From contig NC_135830.1 in NCBI RefSeq assembly GCF_964213995.1, positions 19,158,001-19,222,000 of the forward strand: a DNA stretch of 64,000 nt, given 5' to 3'. The stretch comes from Mustelus asterias. Its lineage: Eukaryota. How positions within the stretch are numbered: the stretch's first letter is position 1; each line of letters starts with the position of its first letter. The translations under genes and the position numbers were made by a program. Positions 12,953 to 23,572 of the stretch are shown piece by piece. The notes under the pieces are model-generated. The model did not search any database. It worked only from the letters and a program-made list of their open reading frames with translations, and was not told the DNA's origin.

Positions 12953-14371
12953 TCCACGTCAGATCAGCCATGATCTTATTGAATGGCGGGGCAGGCTCGA
13001 GGGGCTAGATGGCCTACTCCTGCTCCTATTTCTTATGTTCTTATGTTCTTAAGCTACAGAAGGATGTAGATAGGCTGGAAATTTGGGCAAAGAAATGGCA
13101 GATGGAGTTCAATCCTGATAAATGCGAAGTGATGCATTTTGGTAGAAATAATGTAGGGAGGAGCTATACGATAAATGGCAGAACCATAAAGGGTGTAGAT
13201 ATGCAGAGGGACCTGGGTGTGCAAGTCCACAGATCCTTGAAGGTGACGTCACAGGTGGAGAAGGTGGTGAAGAAGGCATATGGCATGCTTGCCTTTATAG
13301 GACGGGGCATAGAGTATAAAAGTTGGGGTCTGATGTTGCAAATGTATAGAACGTTGGTTCGGCCGCATTTGGAATACTGCGTCCAGTTCTGGTCGCCACA
13401 CTACCAGAAGGACGTGGAGGCTTTGGAGAGAGTACAGAGGAGGTTTACCAGGATGTTGCCTGGTATGGAGGGGCTTAGTTATGAGGAGAGATTGGGTAAA
13501 CTGGGGTTGTTCTCCCTGGAAAGACGGAGGATGAGGGGAGACTTAATAGAGGTGTATAAAATTATGAAAGGCATAGATAGGGTGAACGGTGGGAAGCTTT
13601 TCCCCAGGTCGGTGGTGACGTTCACGAGGGGTCATAGGTTCAAGGTGAAGGGGGGGAGGTTTAACACAGATATCAGAAGGACATATTTTACACAGAGGGT
13701 GGTGGGGGCCTGGAATGCGCTGCCAGGCAAGGTGGTGGAGGCGGACACACTGGGAACGTTTAAGACTTATCTAGACAGCCATATGAACGGAGTGGGAATG
13801 GAGGGATACAAAAGAATGGTCCAGTTTGGACCAGGGAGCAGCTTGGAGGGCCGAAGGGCCTGTTCCTGTGCTGTATTGTTCTTTGTTCTTTGTTCTCAAA
13901 AGAGAAGCCAGATGAACAGGGATTTGAGAACAGAGCTAGGGGTGAAGGCGAGTTAGGTGGGGTTAGGGAGTCCTACGCTCTGTGGTCACAGCCCAGCTCT
14001 GCAGTCATAAAAACAAAGAGCCATTCATTTTTACCATGGCTGATGGCCGAATTCCATATCATGTTCCTCCCTTGTCCTTTGGCCCCTTTAGGTGCTGGAG
14101 CAATATCTAATTTGTTACTGAAAGCAGGCAATGGTTTTGCCTCAGCCACTTTTTGTGATAGTGAAATTTACACATTCACCACTCTCTGGGTGAAGAAATT
14201 TCTCCTCACTGCAATTCTAAGAGGTTTAACTCTTATCCTCAAACTATGACCTCTAATTCTGGACTCCCCCACCATTGGAAACATTCTTTCTGAATCTAAC
14301 TCTGTCAGAATTTTCAAAGTTTCTATGAGATCCCTTCTCACTCTTCAAATCTCCAGTGAATATAATCAGAA

Positions 14372-14692
14372 GGTAGCACAGTGGTTAGCACTGCTGCTTC
14401 ACAGCTCCGGGGTCCTGGGTTCGATTCCCAGCTCGGGTCACTGTCTGTGTGGAGTTTGCACATTCTCCTCGTGTTTGCGTGGGTTTCCTCCGGGTGCTCC
14501 GGTTTCCTCCCACAGTCCAAAGATGTGCGGGTTAGGTTGATTGGCCAGGTTAAAATTGCCCCTGAGATGCGTAGGTTAGAGGGATTAGCGGGTAAATATG
14601 TGGGGGTAGGGCCTGGGTGGGATTGTGGTCGGTGCAGACTCGATGGGCCGAATGGCCTCCTTCTGCACTGTAGGGTTTCTATGATTCTATGA
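14372..14692 (+). mobile_element. HE1-type V-SINE
   Basis: tRNA-like head (TAGCACAGTGG / GGTTCGATTCC), V-domain TGTGTGGAGTTTGCAC...CCTCCCACAGTCC and CR1/HER1-type (TTCTATGA)n tail. Confidence 0.93.
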
Positions 14693-15626
14693 GAACCGAC
14701 TTAGTCTCTCCCCATATGTCAGAACTGCCATCCCAGGAATCGGGCTGGTAAATCTGCGCTGTATTCCCTCTTTAGCAATGGCATCCTTCCTCAGATAAGG
14801 ACCCCAAAACTGCACACAGTACACCAGGCGTGGCCTCGCCAATACCCTACACAATTGCAAAAAAACATTATTATCCATATACTCAAGCCCTCTCACTATA
14901 AAGGCCAACATACCATTTGCCTTCTTTACTGCCTGCTGTACCTGCGCACTTACTTTCAGCGACTGGTGCACGAGGACACCAATGTCTTGGTGAGTGTCCA
15001 CCTTTCTCAATTTACACCCATTCAAGTAACAATCTATTTTCCTATTGTTGCTATCAAAATCGATAACCTCTTTATCAAAATTATACTTCATCTGCCATGT
15101 AGGTGCCCAGACACTCAACCTGTCCAAGTCGCACTGAAGCAGCTCTGCATCCTCCTCACAATTCACCCTCCCACCCAACTTTGTATCAGCTGATAATTTG
15201 CAGATAATAAATTCAGTTCCCTCTTCTGGAAGACTAAACCAATAACATTTACTGGGTCTACTCAGTAAACTCTGCAAGTTACATCCTCAATGAATTCTAA
15301 TAGATTTGTCAAGCATGGTTTCCTTTTTGTAAAGCCATGCTGACTTTGTCTGATTATACCACTGCCTTCCAAATGCTGAGTTCCAAAATACGTGAAAGTC
15401 GAATCTTTCAAATTCACCAGTCCCGCATGTTAGGCTTGTTGGTCTATTGTTCCCCGTTTTCTCTCGACCTCCCATTTTGAATAGTGGACTTACATTATCT
15501 GCCCTCACCACAGTCTGAGTGAAGAAATTTCCCTTCTTTTGTATCTCTCCCCTCTCACCTTAAACCGGTGCTATCTAGTCTTAGACTCCCCTACATTTGG
15601 GAAAAGATGATGACTATATACTATAT

Positions 15627-15776
15627 GATCGGTAAGGGAATTAAGGGTTATGGGGATCAGGCGGGTAAGTGGAACTGATCCACGTCAGATCAGCCATGAT
15701 CTTATTGAATGGCGGGGCAGGCTCGAGGGGCTAGATGGCCTACTCCTGCTCCTATTTCTTATGTTCTTATGTTCTT
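15627..15776 (+). mobile_element. ~150-bp 3'-end copy of the full-length CR1 family
   Basis: Near-identical to ~12900-13050. Confidence 0.9.
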
Positions 15777-15994
15777 ATACCTGATCTATGCCCCTCATTA
15801 TTCCATCGACCTCTAAAACATAACCCTGAAAGCCTCCTACACTCCATGAAAATAAGTCCCAGTCTACGCAGCCAAGCTTTATAAATCACACCATCAAGTC
15901 CCGGTAGCATCCTTGTAAATATTTTCTGCACTCTTTCTAGTTTCGTAATATCATTTCTATAATAGGGTGACCAGAACTGTACACAGAATTCCAA

Positions 15995-18790
15995 TTGTTC
16001 ACAATTCAGGACAAGTATGTCCCTGTAAAAATGAAGAATAAAGAAGGCAGGATTCGTGAACCCTGGATGACAAGAGAGATTTTGAGCTTAGTATAAAAAG
16101 ATGAACGGGCATCCATAAATTTCAGGAAACTGAAACCGGATAAGGCTGTTGAAGAATGCAAAGTTAGCAAAAAATAGCTTAAACAGGGACTTAGGAGAGT
16201 AAAAAAAAGCCATGAAATGTCATTGGCAGGCAGGTGTTGTACCTGTTAATCTCAGATACTTTCAACCAGCTTACTTACTCCAAGGTTTTACCCCGGTGCC
16301 CTTATTTGCAAGGTGGACAAAGGACAAACACAAGTAAAGATTCAACAAGTTTATTAAATAACACTATTAACCCTTAAATTACCCACATAAAACAAGAGGA
16401 TACCCCAGCAGATTCAAGTATACTACCCGTAAAGATGGCTTGGTTAAACTGCAGGCCCGATTCTCTGAGTCCCTCTGGTCTGTTGTCACGAAGGTGAGTC
16501 TCGATGGCCGCTTCTTCCTTCCTTCCTTCTCTGGTCAGTCTTCCGAATGGACACGGCTGTCTCCCCTGTCGAGTCTTCGCTCCTTGTGCCTCTGAGTGTG
16601 TCCCTTTATCCCCAGCCTGCTTGCCTTTCCAGAAACTTCTCTGGCTTCTGGCCAATGAGGTCCCAGGAGGGGGTTCCAATACCCAGTGGGTTTCTTGATG
16701 TCTGCCTGACAGGACACCAGGGTCCGCCCCCCAGGCGTCCATCTCCATGTTGTTAAGCTTGTTATCAGGTAAGGTTTCTACTGGATCTCTTGGTGACAGA
16801 AAGTCTGGCCCGATCTGGGCTTCTAACAATAGACCGATGCATTTCAATGAGGTGCCATGATCTCCTGCTAAGTCTCAAGTAGAGTGTAACGACCTTTGAT
16901 GGGTGGTTGATGGGTCAGGCACAGACACATTTGTGTATTGTACAATGGGCCTGCCTGCGGTTTGACTGTGTTTGATTTCAATGTGCCTAATTCTTTAATT
17001 TAGGATATCCAATTTTATCAGCATTAAAACTAGGCCCTGTTTATATCACCACACAGGATAAAGGAGCATCCCAAGGTTCTAGGCATATATAAGGTGGAAG
17101 AGGGTAGCTATGGAAAGGGTAGTGGAGGGATGTATGTGGAGCCGGATGAGAGGGTTGAGGCCTTTGAAGGGTCCTTTGCATCTGTACTCACAAATGAGAT
17201 GGATGTGTTGGATGGTGAGTGTACAACGGAGGATGTTGGCATTGTAGAATATGTTGAGATAAGAAGAGAGGAGGTGTTGGAGGTTTTTGCCAACATTAAG
17301 GTGGACAGGTCCCCAGGGCCAGATATGGTCGATACAAGATTACTGAGAGAGGCGAGGGAAGAATTTGTTTAGGCCTTGGCCAAAATCTTTGAATGCTCTT
17401 TAGCCATGGGCGACGTACCAGAGGCTTGGAGAGTAGATAATATTGTTCCTCTGTTTAAGAAGTACAGAAGAGACAATTCTGAAAATTACAGGCCTGCGAG
17501 TCTTACATCAGTGGTGGGAACATTATGGGAAAAGATTCTTAGGGACAGGATTTACTCAAATCTGGAAGAGAATAGGCTTATTAGCGATAGGCAGCATGGT
17601 TTTGTGAAAGGAAGGTCGTGTCTCACAAACTCGATTGAGTTCTTTGAGGAAGTGACAAAAAAAAATGGGCAGGGCAGGGCAGTGTGTGTTGTATCCATGG
17701 ACTTTGGTAAAGCCCTCGATACGATTCATCGTGGGTAGGCTGATACAGAAGTTGAATTCATATGGGATCCGATGTGAGCTGGTAAGATGGGTACAAAACC
17801 GGCTTGGATATAGAAAGCAGAAAGTAGCAGTGGAAGGGTACTTTTCTAAGTGGAGGTCTGTGACAAGCGGTTTTCCATAAGGATCAGTGCTGGGGCCGCT
17901 GATTTTTGCAACATATTAATCATTTGGAGGAAAATTTCTGTGGTCTGACTAGTAAATTTGCAGATGATACAAAAATTGAGAGAGTAGTGGATAGTGAGGA
18001 CGAATGTCAGAGGATACAGGAGGATATAAACCGGCTGGAGACTTGGGCTGAAAGACGGCAGATGGAATTTAATCCAGACACATGTGGGGTGATGAGATTT
18101 AGAAGGTCTATTGCAGAAGAAAAGTACACAGTAAATGGTAGAGCCCTAAGAAATATTAGCATACAGAGGGATCTAGGCGCAGAGATCCACAATTCCCTGA
18201 AGATGGCAAATCAGTTGGACAAGTTGGTCAGGAAATCGTATGGCATGCTGGTCTTCATCAGTTGAGTATAGGAATTGGAAAATCATGTTGCAGCTTCATA
18301 AGTCTTTGGTTTTGCCACATTTGGAGAATTCTGATCGCCACACTACCGAAAGAATGTCAGGCATTTTAAAGGGTGCAGAAGAGATTTACCAGGATGTTGC
18401 CTGGTTTGGAGGATATCGAATGTGAAGAAAGTTTGAACAAACTTGGATTGTTTTCATTGGAGCATCTGAGGATCAGGGGGGACCTGACAGAAATTTACAA
18501 GTTTATGGCAGGCTTGGATAGAATGGATAGTCAGAGTCTTTTTCTCAGGGTCAAAGCGTCAATTAATCAGGGGCATAGGTTCAAAGTGAGAGGGGAAATG
18601 TTTAAAAGAGATGTAAGGGACAAGTTTTTCACACAGAGGGTGGTGAATTCCTCGAACATGGTGCTGGATGAGGTGGTGGAAGCAGATTCTCCAACAATGT
18701 TCAAGAGGCATCTGGATAGATACACGCATAAAGAGGAAATAAAGGGTTATGGACCACTTAAAGGCAGGAAAATATTAGATTAGAGAGGCA
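15995..18790 (+). mobile_element. Degenerate CR1 ORF2 hosting the solo LTR
   Basis: RT-like ORF fragments 17094..18783. Confidence 0.88.
16235..17053 (-). mobile_element. Solo LTR (819 bp) of an ERV- or Gypsy-type element
   Basis: TG...CA ends with imperfect terminal inverted repeats (TGTTGT / ACCACA) and 4-bp TSD CAGG (16231-16234, 17054-17057). The host CR1 rejoins across it. AATAAA on the minus strand at ~16350. Confidence 0.85.
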
Positions 18791-19564
18791 TCACATTAGA
18801 GAGACAGGGATACAATGAACAAAGAACAGTACAGCACAGGAACCGGCCCTTCGGCCCTCCAAGCTTGCGTCAATCACATTGTCCTATCTAGACCCACCGC
18901 TTATATCCCTCTATTCCCCGTTTGTTCATATGCCTATCAAGATGAGTCTTAATTGTGGCTAACGTAACTGTCTCAACCACCTCACTTGTCAATGCATTCC
19001 AGGTCCCCACCACCCTCTGTGTAAAGGACTTCCCCCAAAAATCTCGACTGAACCTTTCCCTCCTTATCTTGAACTTGTGCCGCCTTGTGATTGTCATTTC
19101 TGCCCTGGGAAAAAGCTTCCAACCTCACCCTATCTATACCACTCATAATTTTATAAACTTCTATCAGGTCGCCCCTCAGCTTATGTCTTTCCAAGGAGAA
19201 GATTCTCATTTTATTCAATCTCTCCTCATAGCCAATATCTGCATACCAGGCAACATCCTGGCAAACCTTTTCTGTACTCTCTCCCAAGCCTCCACCTTGT
19301 TCTGGTGACCAGAATTGGACATAGTATTCCAAATGTGGCCTAACCAAAGTTTGATACAACTGTAACATAATTTGCCAACTTTTGTACTCGACGTCCCGGC
19401 CAATGAAGGCAAGCATGCCATATGCTTTCTTCATCATCTTTTCTACCTGTGCTGCCACTTTTAAGAATCTGTGGACCTGTACTACGAGATCTCTCTGCGT
19501 GCCTATGCTTTTGATAGTTCTGCCATTATTTTATTGCTCCCACTAGAATTGGATCTCCCAAAAT

Positions 19565-19753
19565 CTTTCCAAAAGAGAAAATGCTGGAAAATCTCTGCAG
19601 GTCTGGCAGCATCCGTCAGCATTGACAAAGGGTCATCTGGACTCGAAACGTCAGCTTTGGTCTCTCCTTACAGATGCTGCCAGACGTGCTGAGATTATCC
19701 AGCATTTTCCCTTCTGGGTCCAGATTCCAGCATCCGCAGTAATTTGCTTTTTA
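19565..19753 (+). mobile_element. Hairpin-shaped non-autonomous Penelope-like element with a hammerhead motif
   Basis: TSD CAAAAT (19559-19564, 19754-19759) and a 37-bp inverted repeat (19577-19613 / 19673-19709) around a hammerhead-like core at 19618-19656. Confidence 0.75.
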
Positions 19754-20934
19754 CAAAATGCATCAACTCGCATTTGTCCAGCTTAAATTCCATCTGCCAA
19801 TTCTCCGCCCATTTTTCCAGCCTATCTATATCCTGCTGTATTTTCTGACAATATATAATATATTACAAACAGCAGAGGCCCCATCATTGATCCCTACGGA
19901 ATATCATCAGTCACAGATCTCCATTCAGAAAAACACCCTTCCACTGCTACCATCTGTCTTCCATGGCCAAGCCAGTTCTGAATCCATCTAGCTGGTTCAC
20001 CCCTGATCCCGTGAGATTTAATCGTTTGTAGCAGCCTGGCATGACGGATCTTGTCAAATGCTTTACTAAAGTCCATGTAGACAACATCCACAGCCCTTCC
20101 CTTAGCAATCATTTTTGTCACCTCCTCAAAAAACTCAATTAAATTAGTGAGACATGAACTCTCTCGTACAAAACCATGTTGTCTGTCGCTAACAAGACCA
20201 TTCAGTTCCAAATGCGTATAGATCCTATTCCTAATCTTCTCCAACAATTTCACTATCACTGACGTCAAGCTGACTGGCCTATAATTTCCCGGGTTATCCT
20301 TGGTACCCTTCTTAAATATTGGGACAACATGGGCAATCCTCTGGAACCTCACCAGTGGCCAACGAAGAAACAAATATTTCTGTTTGAGGCCCAGCAATTT
20401 CTTCTCTTGACTCCCTCAGAAATCTGGGATAAATTCATGTGGCCCTGGGGATTTGTCTACTTTAATGCTTTTCAATTCACCAAACAGTTCCTCCCGTGCA
20501 TTGGTGACTTGATCTAAAAGGTTTACACACCCCTCTGAGACACCATCCATCGACATGTCCCTCTCCTTTGTGAATAACGATGCAAAGCACTCATTCAGGA
20601 TCTCAATCACCTCCTTTGGTTCGACACATAATTTCCCTCCCTTGTCCTTAAGTGGACCAACTCTTTCACTAGCTAACCTTTTGTTCCTAATATATATGTA
20701 TAAAATCCATCGTGATTCTCTTAATCCTGTCTGCGAAGGACATCTCGTGGCCCTTGTATTCCCTGCCAACACCCTGTTTGAGCTCTTTTCCACTTTCCTT
20801 GTATTGCTCAAATGCTTCATCTGATTTTAGTTGCCTGCACCTCATGGTATGCATCCCTTTTCTTTTTGACTAGATGCACAATTTCCCTGGTAATCCACAG
20901 TTCCTGAATCATGCCTTTCCTGTCCTTCCTTTTC

Positions 20935-21076
20935 CTTCGTCAGGAGACAAAGGGACATCCTGTTCTGAAAGCTCGTGGCCTTTGCTACCAAATTAACCTG
21001 TTGGACTTTAACCTGGTGTTGTTAGACTTCTTGCTGTGTTTACCCCCAGTCCAATGCTGGCATCTCCACATCATGA
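20935..21076 (+). mobile_element. Short PLE pseudo-LTR fragment with a decayed hammerhead
   Basis: GAAAGCTCGTGG..TTTGCTACCAAA..CCTGTTGGACTTTAACCTGGTGTTG..GCATCTCCACATCA, homologous to the 47239-48164 element. Confidence 0.8.
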
Positions 21077-21507
21077 CGTCCTTTTCATAGGCACAGGCCC
21101 ATCCTGCACTCTGATCAACTGTTCTTTAAAAGACTCGCCATTGCCAAAAGTGGATTTACCCACAAACAACCACTCCTAAACAACAGCCTCGAAATCCTGT
21201 CTTGTTGTAATTAGCCTTCCCCCAGTAGGCACATTAACCGTAGGCTAACACTCGTTCTTTTCCATCAGTATCCAAAAGCTTACGGAATTGTAATCACTGT
21301 TTGCCACATGTTCCCCCACTGCAACTATGATGGCCTGGCCGGGCTCATTCCCTAGTATTAAGTCCAGTATAGCCCTCCCTCTAATCGGACTATCTACATT
21401 TTGCTCCAAAAAGCCATCCTGGACACACTTAATAAATTGCTCACCATCTGGACCCTTAGCCCTAAGGGATTTCCAGTCAATATGAGGAAAATTAAAGTCT
21501 ACCACTA

Positions 21508-22159
21508 TGCCACTCAAGTGGATAGAGCTGTGAAGAAGGCCTATAGCGTGTTAGCTTTTATTAACAGGGGGTTGGAGTTTAAGAGCCGTGGGGTTATGCT
21601 GCAACTGTACAGGACCTTGGTGAGACCACATTTGGAATATTGTGTGCAGTTCTGGTCACCTCACTATAAGAAGGATGTGGAAGCGCTCGAAAGAGTGCAG
21701 AGGAGATTTACCAGGATGCTGCCTGGTTTGGAGGGTAGTTTATGAGGAAAGGTTGAGGGAGCTAGGGCTGTTCTCGCTGGAGCGGAGGAGGCTGAGGGGA
21801 GACTTAATAGAGGTTTATTAAATGATGAAGGGGATAGATAGAGTGAACGTTCAAAGACTATTTCCTCGGGTGGATGGAGCTATTACAAGGGGGCATAACT
21901 ATAGGGTTCATGGTGGGAGATATAGGAAGGATATCAGAGGTAGGTTCTTTACGCAGAGAGTGGTTGGGGTGTGGAATGGACTGCCTGCAGTGATAGTGGA
22001 GTCGGACACTTTAGGAACATTTAAGCGGTTATTGGATAGGCACATGGAGCACACCAGGATGATAGGGAGTGGGATAGCTTGATCTTGGTTTCAGATAAAG
22101 CTCGGCACAACATCGTGGGCCGAAGGGTCTGTTCTGTGCTGTACTGTTCTATGTTCTAT
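21508..22159 (+). mobile_element. 5'-truncated CR1 nested in the minus-strand CR1
   Basis: RT C-terminal ORFs 21401..21745 and 21822..22082, and a TGTTCTATGTTCTA tail. Confidence 0.92.
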
Positions 22160-23572
22160 AACCCTGTAATTTCTACATCTGTCCAGAATCTGTCCAGAAT
22201 CTGCTTACATATCTGCTTACATATCAAGTGACTGCCCCTTCCTGTTTCTGAGTTCTACGCACAGTGAATCATTACATGATTCGTCCAAGGTGTCCTCCCT
22301 CTGTAGAGCTTTAATATGTTCCCAAACCAGTATTGCAACTCCCCTACCTCTTTTACATTCCCCTCTGTCTCGCCTAAAACATTTATATCCCGAAATATTT
22401 AGCTGCCAGTCCTGTCCCTCTTTTAACCAAGTCTCCAGCATTGTAACCACATCCAAGTTCCGCGCAAGAATCAAGGCTCTAAGTTCATCTGTCTTACCTG
22501 TTATACCCCATGCATTGAAGCAGATGCACGCCAGAACTCCGCGCCCACTGAGTTCGACCTCCCCCATACAACCCGTACAACCCAGCTGGTACTAAGCAGT
22601 GCAGCTTTCACCATTCCTCTGGACAATACTAACAATGGGCGATTTGGTAAATTGCATCCAAAATTGGCTTCGTGGCAGGAGGTAGAGGGTGACGGTCGGA
22701 GGCTGGTCTTGTGACTGGAAGCCTTTGTCCACTGGCGTTCCACAGGGATCGGTGCTGGATTTCTTGCTGTTCACAGTGTAATGATCAAGACGTGAATGTG
22801 GGAATTTAATCAGCAAGTTACAGAGTCATCGAAATCTACAGCATGGGAACAGGCCAAACTTGTCCATGCCACCCTGAGTTCAAGATTAAGATAATCCCAA
22901 TAGACCTGAGCTAGAATAATGTCTGACGTTCCGGTCACCACACGATAAGAATGAAATGATTTCACTGGAAGGCACGCAGAGAAGATTCAGCAGGATGTTG
23001 CCAGGGCTGGGCTGAAGAGCCCTCCCCCATTTTTTTGACGTTTAGCGAATATTAAAAGACTCAATCTCTCCTCATATATCAGCACCATCGATAAGTCCGT
23101 ATTCACTGCATAGTGGGAAAGACATCAGAGTAATCCTGACTAGTATGAGGATTATTGGACTGAAATGGAGCCAGTTACTGTAAACAAGAGGAGGTCCGTC
23201 ATGAACTACAATCACGTCCACAGCAAAATGGATATGTTCTCTGAGCTGCCAGAATCAGCTCACAGCAAACATGGCACCAATCTTGACCCTCACCATCATC
23301 CAGGAGGTGTAAATGCTCTGTCCCATTGCGATATAAAAAGTGTTTGATTGAAAGAGATTAACTGAAGCTGTTTGTTCAGTGACTGTGATTAATGTATGTC
23401 TCCATGGATCCAGGCAGTGTCATGGGAGGTTTTCCCTCTTCTATTAATAAGAGATTCCGTTCAATGTGTTATCCCATAGAATCATAGGGAGCGTCAACTC
23501 CGACACTAACAGGGATCAGCGGCTGCAGAGAGAGGAAGCGGAGAGACCAGAACCTGAGTACAAAAGACAGGA

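Larger units (their letters stand above)
8510..13050 (+). mobile_element. Full-length CR1 LINE with 5-bp TSD AAGCT
   Basis: TSD at 8505-8509 and 13051-13055. Monomeric 5'UTR, ORF1 (Zn finger, coiled coil, esterase), ORF2 (APE + RT) and (TTCTTATG)n tail. Confidence 0.97.
8358..13896 (+). mobile_element. 5'-truncated host CR1 (TTTGTTC-tail family) split by the 8510-13050 insertion
   Basis: 8358-8509 joins 13056-13896 to give ...CAGAAGCT|ACAGAAGG..., the continuous sequence seen in the sibling copy at ~54600. Confidence 0.92.
14090..15985 (-). mobile_element. Old CR1 fragments, interrupted by a SINE and a short CR1 3' end
   Basis: RT-like ORFs 14687..15277, 15287..15511 and 15767..15994. Confidence 0.85.
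18815..22600 (-). mobile_element. Long degenerate CR1 (APE to 3' tail) with nested insertions
   Basis: Minus-strand ORF fragments 22217..22567, 21245..21517, 19894..20397 and 18982..19458. Confidence 0.88.

Noticed and set aside
14372-14445. tRNA-like heads of the SINEs as tRNA genes
   Set aside because: They are fused to the V-domain and LINE tail, so they are SINE promoters.
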